In this document: positions 35,902 through 48,249 of the stretch, piece by piece
Numbering within the stretch: position 1 is the stretch's first letter
Layout: each line of letters begins with the position of its first letter
Assembly (NCBI GenBank): GCA_013265495.1
Contig: MU058252.1
Location: forward strand, 622,001 to 686,000
DNA length: 64,000 bases
Reading direction: 5' to 3'
Origin: Vicugna vicugna
Taxonomy: Eukaryota
The notes under the pieces: model-generated
Database searches by the model: none
Told to the model about the DNA's origin: nothing
The model's input: the letters and a program-made list of their open reading frames with translations, nothing else
Position numbers and translations under genes: made by a program

Positions 35902-36520
35902 TTTTTTTTAAATTGAGATATAATTGACATAGAACATGCATTAGTTTCAGGTGTACAACATAATGATTTGATACTTAAGTATATTGTAAAATGATCACCA
36001 TTTGTTACAGTTACAAACTTTTTTCTTGTGATGACAACTTTTAAGATCTATTCTTAGAAACTTTCAAAGGTACAATATTGTTAACTATTGTCACCATGCT
36101 CTACATCAGATTCCCAGTACTCATTTTATAACTGGAATTTGTACTCTTTGGCCACCTTCAAATTTTTATTATGCACATTTTCAACCATACAGAAAAAAGG
36201 GAACAACTGTACAATAAACACTGAGCCCCATACGCAAATTTAACACGTGTTAATATCTCTGCTGTATCTGTGTGCTCCCCTCTGTTGACCCACCCATCTA
36301 TCCCATCTGAAACTAAGTTGCAGACATTATGAAACTTGGCCCCTAAATATTTTGGTTTGCATTTCCTAAGAATAAGGACATTCACTTCATAATCCCAACA
36401 CCATCGTACACCTAAGACCATTAATACTACTTCCCTAATATAGCCAGAACGAAATCAAATCTCCCTGACTGATCAAAAATGTCTTTTACACTAGGGTTTT
36501 TAGAACCAAATTCCAGTTAA
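35902..36520 (-). mobile_element. Two adjacent L1 3' end fragments (L1MA-like and L1ME-like) in RHEB intron 7
   Basis: TTTTTAAATTGAGATATAATTGACATA...GTTTCAGGTGTACAACATAATGATTTGATA; then AAGTTGCAGACATTATGAAACTTGGCCCCTAAATA...TCCTAAGAATAAGGACATT. Confidence 0.75.
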
Positions 36521-37408
36521 GGTTCACACAGACTTTTTATTACAGAACTGTCCCTGTTTCTCCGTCAAGAACACTTTAATCTCTATTACAGGTTGGTCCT
36601 GCATAAGGCCCTCTCTTCCCATCCATCAGAAAGTACTGTGAAGAGGAGAGAGGACTAAAATTTGGGTTAAGCTTAAAATTTTGGTCCAAGTTCCTATACC
36701 ATATGAAGTACGGAGTGACTTTAGAGACATTATTTACCTCTCTGGATCTTAAATTCCTCACTTCTAAAATGAGACAGTTCAACTAGATGATCTTAAGCGC
36801 AGATTAGACACCCAATAACTGTCTGATTTAATTCTATTACACAACCTCTTACTATCTCACCTCTTGCTATCTGAATTCTCACTATGTGCACTTGGGAACT
36901 AAACGGATGCAGATAAAGCTCTTCCCATCTGGAACTCAGGACCAATTACACAGATTTAATCTCCTTCATCGTAACATAGGGACAAACAGATATGGGATAC
37001 CTGGGTGGACCAAGCACCTACACTAGATACAGAATCCCCGTGCCGGACACCATGGAGCACGTGAAGGTTACTGATACTGTCTTGGGTCTCCGAATGAGTT
37101 AAAGGGGATAAGAGAAAAAAACCACTACTAATTCGAGCTGGATGAATCATGCAGGTGGGTCACTGAGAAGGTGGAATTCAAGCAGAACCTTGAGGGCTCA
37201 GGGGTCTTACTGGGGAAAGGCGGCAGAGCTGGGAAACAACAGCTGACAATCCCCACCCACAACGAGCCACACCCCCCACTGAATGACTGAATGAGTTTTG
37301 TCAGAGAAATGAAAACCGATTAATCTTATTTGAGGATCAAACAAGAAAACATGTTGAAAATACTTTCAAAACTACAGAACACCATATGAATGTTAAGTAT
37401 GTAGTTAG

Positions 37409-37459
37409 TTAGAGAAGGACTATTTCAAATTAGAGAAGGACTATTTCAAATTAGAGAAG
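37409..37459. repeat. 21-bp tandem repeat (about 2.4 copies)
   Basis: TTAGAGAAGGACTATTTCAAA twice, perfect, plus TTAGAGAAG. Confidence 0.95.
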
Positions 37460-38334
37460 AATGAAAGCACCCATTGTGTTTAAGGAAGTGGGAGTAACCG
37501 GAGTGACTGAAAAGCACAGGGATGCAGTGAAAGGAGAAGCCGGAAAAGCACAAATCACGCCCTGCACTTAGTGCCCCGCCGAGGGAGCTGAGCCCTGTTC
37601 TACAGACTGCGACGGCCCACTGGCGGTTTTCCAGTGGCGGGTGCCCCCATCTGATCTGATCTGTGGCTTTAGAAGGTTAACAGCAACAAACAGGAATACA
37701 AGGTAAGAACGTGGAGGCAGGAGACAAGGCTGGACGCTAGAGGTCTAGATTAAAGCCAAGGAAGGAACAGGAAAAAGAAGATCCATGAAGCCTTCTGAAA
37801 TAGAACTGACATCCCTCCTCACATATGCCTTTAAAGGAACAGCTGCAGGGCTGAAACTGGTAACAAATGCTTGTAAAATAGGTCTTAACAGTCTCTGTGT
37901 TAACAATAACACATGCATCTAACTCAGTTTCATCCCACAGAAAAAGGGGGGAGCTGTGGGTATAAAATTATTTCCAAAGTGATTTAAAGATCATTCTTCT
38001 TTTCTGTGTCTGGACTCACGTCTGTAGTAACCTTTAGTATAAAACAAAACTAAGACTGTATGTTCTCAAAGGAAGTATTTCCTTTACTATTAATTAGTTT
38101 CTGTTTATGCTACAAGTATTCTAGATCCCATTTTAAGTAGAATATTGACTGAATTAAACATCCATAGTATCTTCCCAAAGCAACCCAAAGACTGATAATA
38201 GAAATGGTGGTAGGATGGGGTTGTCAAGCAGGAGTGATGAGGTGGCGGTGAAGCGCTAAGGAACACACGCCCAGGACTGACGGGACGCGGGGCGAAATGC
38301 ATTAAAAAAACAAACAAACAAACAAAACAAGTAC

Positions 38335-38416
38335 CTGATTTTCTTTAGCAGAAGATTCCAAAAAAGCTGCGTTCCAAGATTCTGCTAACGCTTTCCCTTC
38401 TTCATAACTGATCACC
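38335..38416 (-). CDS. RHEB: Rheb exon 7
   Basis: 82 nt encoding (R)VISYEEGKALAESWNAAFLESSAKENQ, including the G5 motif SAK; CCTTTAG acceptor and GTAC donor. Confidence 0.97.
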
Positions 38417-39200
38417 CTAAAGGAAAAAAAATTCTAATTCAAGGACTTGGCTCTTATAAAACATCTGTAATTGAATTATGAAACAGGCTCCACCTTAATC
38501 AACTTTTCTCTCATGAAGCAGAAGCTTCCTCCACTCAACCTTATCATCCTGTATATAACACAGGGGAGCATTTTAGCTTTCCCTGATCTGAGGAACAGAG
38601 CAGACACTGCCTTATGAGGTTACTCGTGCTCTGGGAAGCTCTTACAGCTTGGAGAACAGGACTCCAGTGCTGCAACATCTGTAACAATCGACTATGTTAG
38701 AGCTGGCCAGGCTGTGAGTACTCAGGGACAGGGCCGTTCTGCAAGGGCCCGCAGCGAAGTCCTGCTGTGCACAGGCTGCAGGCCTCCCGCCTGTGTGTCT
38801 CTTCCTCTCGGGATGCTGGGCTCCGCGGGAACGGGGGCCTCGCTCCCTTGTTTGCACTCTAAATCTTGAGCCCGGTACTCAAAAAACTTTTTGTTGAACA
38901 AATGAGTGCTCTGATCACCTTTTGAGTCTGCTTTATGCAAAACAGCAGAAGAACCTGAAGATAACTTTCTATAATGTTTGCTCCCTTTTTTACAGGAAAC
39001 ATGTTCTCAGGTAGGTTAGATTTTTACCGCAGCTTTGCTTCTGCTATGCACAATCACTGCCACATTTCTGAACACAGAAACAGATACGCTACAGCTAAAA
39101 ATACTCTTGCTATAAGAATGATAATTAAAAATGGAACTTCAGTGACTAAATCAATTTAGACTTGACTTTATAAATCAGAAATTACTTAGAAGCTACATAC

Positions 39201-39248
39201 CTTTCCATATGTAGGTCTTTCTTATTTCCAACCAACATAATAGGTATT
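39201..39248 (-). CDS. RHEB: Rheb exon 6
   Basis: 48 nt encoding (Q)IPIMLVGNKKDLHME(R), including the G4 motif NKKD; AATAG acceptor and GTATGT donor. Confidence 0.96.
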
Positions 39249-39360
39249 CTATTAACGTAAGAAAAAAAAGCCAAAGTACACTAGTCAGTGCCCGACTTTA
39301 CTGCTCAGAAGATGCTATTACGAGTCTACCTAACAAAAGAGATAAATGATTACTACTTAC

Positions 39361-39417
39361 TGCACTTTCCCCACCATATCCAACAACTTGCCATGGATAA
39401 CTTTGATCACTTCAAAA
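39361..39417 (-). CDS. RHEB: Rheb exon 5
   Basis: 57 nt encoding (S)FEVIKVIHGKLLDMVGKV(Q); TTTTACAG acceptor and GTAAGT donor. Confidence 0.96.
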
Positions 39418-40064
39418 CTGTAAAACAAAACAAAAAGCATGAGATCAGATATCCATTTTAATGTGATATTTTAAAATGTCTGTTATGGAACGTTCACGGT
39501 GGGAAAAATAGAAAATGTCAGACTCACCATGTTAATATAAACTAAACAGAACACAAGGATTCCTTAACTTTTTCCTACTAATCTATTTCACACGTGCATG
39601 TGCTCAACACCCAGTCGCCCTTACTGAGAATATTCCAAGTGGAATAGGTGAGAGATGGGAAATGGGAAAGTCTACAACTGGGAGGATTTAATCTCCGAGT
39701 GAACATCTGCAGAATGTTCCTTAGCGAGAGGGTCCTAGCAATCAGCCTGTGTTCCACACCAACACGGTGAAAACACACAAAAAGTAAATGAGTTAATGTA
39801 TTTCCCATTTCAATCAGAAAAGCTCAGCTCATGTTCAATCACTATCTACCCAGGCAGCCTGAGGTAAGAGAGAGTTTTTATTCCATTGGTGTATAAGAAT
39901 GTCTACTGGGATAATATTCCCCCCTTAACCTGCTTGCCCAACAAGACAACCACTAAAAACCACTGAAGTTTAATTGCTACTCCTGCCAATGCCAGCATAA
40001 TGCTTCAGAAGGATTAATGTAAGCACAGGAAACACAATCAAGTAGCAATAGCAGTGAGTCTTAC

Positions 40065-40147
40065 CTTTTGATTGATGTAACAGAATACACAAGAATATAA
40101 CCATTAATATCTATGGAGTATGTCTGAGGAAAGATGGAATATTCATC
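40065..40147 (-). CDS. RHEB: Rheb exon 4
   Basis: 83 nt encoding DEYSIFPQTYSIDINGYILVYSVTSIK(S); CCACAG acceptor and GTAAGA donor. Confidence 0.97.
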
Positions 40148-41299
40148 CTGTGGGAGAAAAAAATAATTCCATTTGAGTAAAGCCTTCACACAGCATAACG
40201 AGCAACCATTTACTCAAAGTTTCTCATATCACGTGGTCAAAAGAATCAAAGTAAACAAAAAGTGGATTAATATATCATTCTAGGAACATAGCCTACACAC
40301 TCAAGATTTAGTGAAGACTAGTTTGGTGTGGGGGAAATAATATGCTTTAACCCAATATTGAAAAATGACTCATTCTAAGACTTTTGAGGGAAGTCGAATG
40401 TCTGCTGTAGTTTCTGGGAGAAGTTGGAAGGAATGAAAAGATGGCTGGTTCCGTGAGCCTGTATCAAGGGAAAAGTACCACCCTCTCTCTTCTACGGATA
40501 AGAAGTCCAGAGTCTCAGGACTCACAGGAAATTCGTAAGTGCTTTTGGTTTACACCATAAATCTGTATTTTCACCTGTTCTCTGCACGTGAGTCAGTATG
40601 GCCTGAGGCCCATCTACGGGTCACCAGTGGGTTGTTACCAGCACTTGAAAAAGAGGAAGAGGAGGGAAGAGAAACAAAACACTAGACCCGGTCAGAATAC
40701 TCAGACTTTTTAGGATCAAATGAACTATTTATTAAGCAACTTCAGGAATTAAAAAGAAAGGTACACATTATGCAATAGTATGTTAGTACCAGTTCTATAA
40801 AGCTTTATGAAAAACTCTTCTGCTTTAGATACATTATTATTAAAGCATAAAAGAGTGTCTAATGTCAATGCAGTATACAAGAGTGCCACTGTCTGGCACA
40901 AACATTTCATTCTCAGTTGAAACATTATTGTTAATATACCACATATCCCAAGCACTATTACAGAAAAATTACAGCAAGCCACCGTTATATCAAGTAACCG
41001 TCTCTGTTAACTTTGCAATTCCATAGTATGGTTGCGATTATGACCCTGAATCACTGCCCTATGTTAAAGTGTCTTAAAAAAAAAAATCAAAGAAAAGTTT
41101 TACTATCAATTCTTTGATATTATAAACAGTCATCAATCAGACAATAGCATTTCAACATCACAGAGATTACTACACATGCAAAACAAAAACTTTGAGTTAT
41201 TAGTTCAATTTTGAATTCATTTCAGTGTTAATGTTGAAAAACAAATTGTTATTAATGGAATGACAGATCCTTTGACCCAGATTAAAAACAAAATTCCAA

Positions 41300-42800
41300 A
41301 TGACTGAGTCACCAGCTCAGCTACAGTAGACCAAATACCTTTTCCCTGAAGGGAAGATGTGGAACAAAAAGAATAATCATATTCATGATGCAAGTGTAAA
41401 AAACAACTAGTTAGAAAGTATAATGGAGGGAAAAAGACTTTCTACTATAACAGTAACCAAAAAGGACAAAATTCCTAGGAATAAAAGTTAAGAAAATAAA
41501 AGTATATGATCCATTTGAAGAAAATCTTAAAATACCACCAAGAGATGAAAGATTTAAATCAGCAGAGAGTACGCCACAGTCCTCAGCGAGAAAGAATATG
41601 TAGAACCCTGAGAATATCCACTAGTTAATCCAAATATATAAATGTAACATGATCCTGATAAAAAGTATACTTTCTGGGAAAGAACAGTAATTGTAGAGGC
41701 AGGCGGTTGGAAACCAGAAAGCTATGGTAATTGAAACAGTGCAGTACTGGCTCATGAATGAAGCCAACGAGAAAATCTACAAAGACTCAAATAGATACGG
41801 GAATTAGGTACATGATAATACTGGCATTTCAAATCAGTAAGGCTAAAGTAACCCTCAACGAAATGCAGCGGGAACAAATGCAGAGCCATCTGGGGGTAAA
41901 TGGCTAAGCTGGATCTCTAACTCACACCTTAGCAAAGATGCATTCCAGTATCAGTTAAAAAAGATTAATAAATTCAACATATGAAAATGAGAAAGTTCTT
42001 CATGGCTGAAAATCTTCCAAATAAAAACCACAAACAGAAGACAAATTGAAAATAAAACCTTCCAGCTCAGATCATATACAAAATGCTAATTTTCTTCACA
42101 TACTAAGGAGTCTTTCAAATCATCAAGCAAAGACCAGCCGAAAGACAAGGGTGAAGAACACAAATACACAGGAAAATTCAGAGAAAAGGAAATACAGATG
42201 TCCTCAAACACAGGTAAATATGGTCAAATTCCTTCATAAGAAAAATGTTTATTAAGATGACACCGCAGACTGGCAAATATCAAAAAATTTGGCAACACAG
42301 TGTGCTGGTGAAGGCGTAGGGAAACAGGCATTCCTGATCACTGCGTGCAAGAACGTCCACTGTGACCCACACCCAGGAAATGTTCTTACCTGTAGATCAT
42401 CTGCCTAAAACAAAGCACTGCCGGTAGCAGCATGACTGGAAACAACCTAGTTGTCCATTAATAGTTAATTATGATACATCCAAACACCAGGATGATACGC
42501 AGCCGTGGGGAGAAAAAGAGGCTGCACGCACCGATATGAAATAATCTCCAAGATGGAGATACAGAGATATGTTACTTTTTGTGTAAAAAAGAAATAAAAA
42601 AACTTTAAAGCTGTACCTGCAAGTTCATGTATAAAACATCTTGGAAGCATTTACTAGAAACTGATAAGGGGTTACTGTCACGGGAGTGGAGCTAAGACAG
42701 TCAGAGTGGGAAAGATTTAAGTTCTACTATTTATCTTTTTGTGCTATTTTATTTCTATAACAGGTACATTTATTATCATTTAAAAAAATGAATTTAAAAA
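41300..42800 (+). mobile_element. Highly diverged L1M (L1ME-like) ORF2/3' region in RHEB intron 3
   Basis: A-rich sequence with L1 remnants: GTAATTGAAACAGTGCAGTACTGGC; GGCATTTCAAATCAGT; CAGTGTGCTGGTGAAGGCGTAGGGAAACAGGCATTC; CTGGAAACAACCTAGTTGTCCATTAATAG. Confidence 0.65.
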
Positions 42801-43814
42801 CCACTTAAAAAAAAGGAATTTGACAGTATAAATGACTGTCTCTGACTCACCTGACATTGAGTTTACTTAAATTAAGCCAAAACAAAGTATTTCATGCAAA
42901 CTAAAAATAATCAACTTGTATTTAACTACGTTTATCATCATCCCTAGTCGGGCAATTAAACAAGTTAGAAAATATAAATAAATAGGACTTGCTATCATAT
43001 ATTGCTATACAGCAGTTTATTACATGTAATTTTGCTCCTCAAATGTCTGAGCTAGTAAACAAATTGACCATAGACCACTTTTAAAGAAACTGCCCCCGAT
43101 CATCTTCCCTTGCTATCAGCAGTCTCAGTCCCAGACCCAGCCATATAATCCAATTTAAAAACAGTTCCTGGAGCAATAAATATGTCATCTTATCTAGTTT
43201 CTACAGAGTGAGGGCGGGACCATGACATAAGGAAATGCTCCTGTGGCACCATCATGAACGGTAAACACTAGCATAACCTTTTTTTTCTTTCTTAATTTAC
43301 TGTGGGTTTTTTTTTAAAGCATAACCTTTTATAGTTCCCCACTGTGAGGACAGCCTTTAGGAACTATCAGCTGCAATGAGAACAAAATTATTCAAAGTAG
43401 CTAAATTTGAATATATTTTGTGAAAAAATCCTCTAAATATTCTTATCAGGTGGTAATAAAACCCAAAGGAGCAAGACAGCCCAGCTAGGAATTAACCTGT
43501 GCCCTCGCCACACCTCCCAGTTAGACGCGCGTGATGTTCACTTGTACCTTCACGCTCCAGAGTAAAACAACCTCAGAGGAACATACCTTCTATGTTGATA
43601 AGGAGAGTCAATATAAACACATTGTCTCTCCAGAGAAATGCCTTCAAGGACAGGTCTCCTCTGAGCAGAGACCTCCGCATTCCTCCCGTTCAAGCTGTGA
43701 ACACCCACTGCATTCCCATGCTAGGCCCTGCTCCAGCCTCCGCAGCACCAAAGAGCTGCAGACGGGGATAATGGGGATCAAGTTCTCTTCAGGCTCATAA
43801 GCCTGCTCTGAAGC

Positions 43815-43975
43815 AGGCAACAATCCTGCGAAGGCAGGCACCACCGTTACCACCATCGGACAGATGAGTCTGAGGCATGGGAAAGTTCATTACGTTTCTC
43901 AAGGTCACTGAATTAGTAAGAAAAGCCAGGATTCAAACCCAGGCAGTGTGACTGCAAAGCCCATGCTCCAAACAA
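43815..43975 (-). mobile_element. MIR SINE
   Basis: ACAGATGAGTCTGAGGCATGGGAAAGTT...CAAGGTCAC...AGCCAGGATTCAAACCCAGGCAGTGTGACT. Confidence 0.75.
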
Positions 43976-44602
43976 CTAGGAAATACTGGTTCTCCTTCTG
44001 GCCCACTATGAAATTTATTTCTAAAGTATCACTGCATGAAAGTGACTTAATCAATTTACCCTTACCCTCATTTTCCATGAGCTTAATAAAAATTCAAAAC
44101 AAAGATACAAAAGCACACCAAAATCTGGATCTTCAGCCAGGACACTCTCAGTTTACACCTGCTGTCCCACCATAATTCTTACCTGTGTCTCCTTAACTCT
44201 TAGAAGTGTCTCATTTTAGGTAATAAATTGCATATCCATTAGAATTATGAAGAAAACTAACACTAAGAATCCAGAACAAGGGCCTACCCAGGGGCTCTTC
44301 TACACTGATTTCTAAGATAAGCTGCCTCCTCCATGTCATCAGGCGCTGACGGAGACTTCTGTTGTTTCTCCTTCTGTCAGCGGACAGGTCCCTGTAGAGT
44401 AAAAGCCTAGGATGGCTCTGCTCTAAGAGCCATGGGGTCTGGTGACGGAAGCTGAGCACGCCCACCATAGATGGAGTGTGTGGAGTGAGTTACATGTCAT
44501 AGCTCTGTGACATACACAGTTCACTGATTTTATTTGAAGCTTCCAGAATTGAAATTCCAGGGCTCCTCCAGGGCTAAGACAACTCAACACAGTTACTGTC
44601 TT

Positions 44603-44732
44603 TTGGGGGGGCAATTTAGGTTTATGTGTTTATTTATGTATTAAAAAAATTTTTTTAATGGAGGTCCTGGGGATTGAACCCAGGACCTTGTGCATGCTAA
44701 GAGGTCCTACCACACAGCTAGACCCTCCCCCC
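44603..44732 (-). mobile_element. tRNA-derived SINE (camelid vic-1-like)
   Basis: Reverse GGGATTGAACCCAGGACCTTGTGCATGCTAAG...CCCTCCCCCC. Imperfect TSD (AACACAGTTACTGTCTT / AATATAGCTACTGTCTT). Confidence 0.85.
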
Positions 44733-45721
44733 TAATATAGCTACTGTCTTGCTTTACTGTGGGGGGAGTTACACTTTCCTGCTATGCTTGCTTCAAAATA
44801 TAAAGCAGAAGGTATTCATTCCAAACTCGCAGGACAGGCCCCATCTTGCTAAGTCTATCCCAGTTTCCCCGGGTTCCAGAAAGAAGCCTCCATTCACCGC
44901 GGCAGACATGGCACAGCACCCACCCGCCTGCTAGCCTGATCCTTTGTGGACTATAAGATACAAGGTGAGGGGTTAGAAACTGACATCCCAGCTTCTCTAC
45001 ACGCCCCACCCTCCAGTGAACAGTCATCAATTCAGCCTAACAAGATGGTTTCTAGTAAAAGCAGGACTGGGTGACATGGTAAAGGGGAAGATGACTATCA
45101 AAACTTTTCTTTGCTCCCTTCAGGTTCTCTTAATTTCTTTCACCCTTTGCTTCCAGTCAATTCCTCTGGCCATTCATTCTCCACATCACCACCACACTGA
45201 CCTGTGAACATCTTTTTTGGGTTACTTACCTTGGCAATTACCTATTGTTTAGCAAATCAAACCAACACTCCTTAATCTAGTAATCATATAATACAACCAT
45301 AATAATTAATACACAATCATATAATACATCCATTCTGCCCTATACATTTCCCATGCCTTTCCCCTAGAAAAGATCTATTTATGTTCTTAATGTAGGAGAA
45401 TACATATTACAAAGGGAGGAAAAGCACTAATGTGATTCTGATATGAAATTTACATTTAGAAAATAGAAAACCACTATCCTGTAATAAATATAAACCTTCA
45501 CAATACTGTGATGAATATACTTAGAGTAATTCTAAAGTGGAAAAACAAGTTAATTATTGGAAAAATCTTCATAAATATCTCAGAAAAGACAAAGTAGGCA
45601 GCCTATTAATATCCAAACACACATAAATCACAAGGGGTTTCCTGGCATTACTGCTCTGTTTAAGCATCAGTGGCAGGGCCAGGACTGCTGGACATACTGT
45701 ATGGGATTCTGACATACTGAC

Positions 45722-45789
45722 CTGCCCAGCTGTGTCTACAAGTTGAAGATGATATTCTTGTCCATTTACTGTGATCAATTTTGTGAAAG
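45722..45789 (-). CDS. RHEB: Rheb exon 3
   Basis: 68 nt encoding (T)FTKLITVNGQEYHLQLVDTAGQ, including the G3 motif DTAGQ; AG/GT boundaries. Confidence 0.97.
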
Positions 45790-47281
45790 CTACAGTGAAA
45801 AAAGAATTAAGTATTAGTTGGCTGAAAAAAAAGACAAAGTGAACTTTACATCACTTAAAACTCAAACAATGATAACCAATTAAGCGGAATCCTTAACGAT
45901 CTCATAAAAAGGTTCCTTTAAACAAAAAAGAATATCGGAGTTTATAGATTTGTCTCACTTCTATTATTTAACTAAGAAATGCTGACTAAAACCAATGTTG
46001 GATAAACCTCGTGCCTCGTTCAAAGAAACTAGGCAAAGAAAGTAGGCAGCAATTCGTATCTTATAGAAGTAACATGAATGCTGTCTGTGGACAGTCTTTC
46101 CTAGTGTGAAAAAGTGAAATATATAAAGTTTGAGTCTAAAATGAACCAAAAGCACAGAACTTTTCATTAATTTATAGCAAGTCTAGTGTCAGAGCACAGA
46201 GCTAATATTAATTGAAGTGCTAAGAACTTTCAGTACATAAAAACTTAATTTTATTGGCAGATAAAATTTCTGTGTGAAGCCATCATTCCCACTTAGCTTA
46301 AGGATACAAGCAATTTGTCACACTCCTTTTCCCTATCAAGGGGGAAAAAAATCAAGACTGAAATAACTTCCGGAAAAGGCAATTCAGAATTCTAAGGAGA
46401 CAGACTTCAAACAGATACAGACAAAAGAGGAAAGAACTATTAATAGTAACAGGATATTAAAAAGTAACCATCTGGAACCTCCATAACTAAACAGAACAGA
46501 TTTCTTCTGCATACCCTGTTCCAGCCATTCTGACTCATAATGAATCCTGCAATTTCCCGGCTGGCCATTCAGCATCACTGGAACCGGGCAACAGAACCTA
46601 TCCCTTGCACTGCTGAGAAAAGACTCACTTTTTGCCCATTTTGTCCCACAGCCAAAAGAGAAAGCAAGAGACATGAAAATTATGAGAGAAAACCATGACA
46701 AGGAGGAGAGAGAGATCTCATCTGAATGATGAATTCCACAGGGAGAGAGAAGCAAGCATCTAGGAGAGTTGCAGCAGCACCGTTTTTCTGATGCAAGTAG
46801 GAATGCTAGAATCAGGTGAGTGAAAATTACAGACCAGACCATTCAAGCCAACTGCCATACTTTGTATTATTGTTGTGCCCTTTCTGGAAATTATCACTTA
46901 AAATAATGAAGTAGTCAAACTAGATGAAAACTGAATCAGAATGTACCAAGATAGGGAGTACCCAATATAACCTGCTTCAATATTTCTAAGAAAATGTTCT
47001 ACTGTATTTTTTGCCCACATCATAACCTCTCTGAATTTGGGAAGCATCTTGTACCAACTGTGCTTCTGATCACTGTCAGCCAAGGGGCAGTCGTGGTGCT
47101 GTGCGAAGACCTGCCCACCGACACCTCAGTCAGGTAAGATCACAAAGTGCATCTTAGACTTTATAAAAATTATGTAGGAAACACTGGTGAGCAATAAGCC
47201 ATAATCTTCGATTAGAACTAAGTAATTGCAGTTATGAAGTATAATGTAATTATTATGAAAAAATTACTGAAACAAAACAGT

Positions 47282-48090
47282 CCTTCACTCAAGAACTATT
47301 TCTTGAGTGTCTGTCATCACCACTAGCACTGTTCTAGGTGCTCGAGATAGATACTGCAGTCCCTGACCTCTGTGAGCTGACATTCCAGTAAAGGAAGGAA
47401 GACACAGCGAGACAGACAGATTATCTTCCCTGTGAGAAGCAGCCAGGCAGAAGCTAAAGAGCAAGTGAAAAAGCTCAGTGAGGAAACGTGAAGACAGTCA
47501 AGGCAGCTGAGACAGATAGAATGGGGGTGGGTCGTTAGGCAGAGGACGAGGCAGAAGGCCCTATCAAACATGGGAAGGACTGCAGATTTTCATTCAGAAT
47601 GTGATGGGAAAACCAAGGATTTTTAGCAGGGGAGTACCGTGATCTAATTTACATTTTGAAAACATGACTGTGGCTGCACTGTGAATAACAGAAATGGACA
47701 AAAATGGATGAGCACCATTGGCGGGAGCCCACAACATGGCAGTCACACAGACTATCATGATCCAAAGGTGACGGTGGCCTGGAGAGGCAGAGATGGAGGT
47801 GTGAGAAATGGTGGATTCTGGGCGTATTTCAAAGGTAAAACCAGAAGGATTTTCTGGCTGACTGGAAGCAGGTGTGAAAGAACAGAGTCAGGATGACCCC
47901 CAAGTTTTTGGCCTGAGCAACACAACGCGTGAGTTACCATCTATAACTGAAGGAGCACCGGGGAGGGGAGGGGAGCGAGCTGGGTTTAGGTATATTCAGT
48001 TTGAGAGCCTATTAAATACCCAAGGGGGAACGAGAGCAGCTAAAGAAAAAAACCCAAAGTTCAGAGTTCAGGTGAGGCTGGGGGTGTCGT
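47282..48090 (-). mobile_element. L2 LINE fragment in RHEB intron 2
   Basis: Reversed L2 3' end (GCACTGTTCTAGGTGCT) and body motifs (GATCTAATTTACATTTTGAAA, GAGTCAGGATGACCCCCAAGTTTTTGGCCTGAGCAAC). Confidence 0.8.
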
Positions 48091-48102
48091 AAGACAAGTA
48101 GG

Positions 48103-48249
48103 TTTTCTGTTGTTGTTGGAGGGGGTGAGGGTGTGGGGAGAGGTAATAAGGTTTCTTTATTTATTTTTTAGAGGAGGTACTGGGGATTGAACCCAGGACT
48201 TCACGCATGCTAAGCATGTGCTCTACCACTTAAGCTATACCCTCCCCCC
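48103..48249 (-). mobile_element. tRNA-derived SINE (camelid vic-1-like)
   Basis: Reverse GAGGTACTGGGGATTGAACCCAGGACTTCACGCATGCTAAGCATGTGCTCTACCACTTAAGCTATACCCTCCCCCC with intact A and B boxes. Confidence 0.88.

Noticed and set aside
37409..37459. CRISPR-like direct repeats
   Set aside because: The repeats are head-to-tail with no spacers, in eukaryotic intron DNA with no cas genes.
48175..48249. Apparent tRNA gene (also at 2706, 44603 and 61907)
   Set aside because: These have degenerate stems, A-rich tails and mostly TSDs, so they are SINEs and not tRNA genes.
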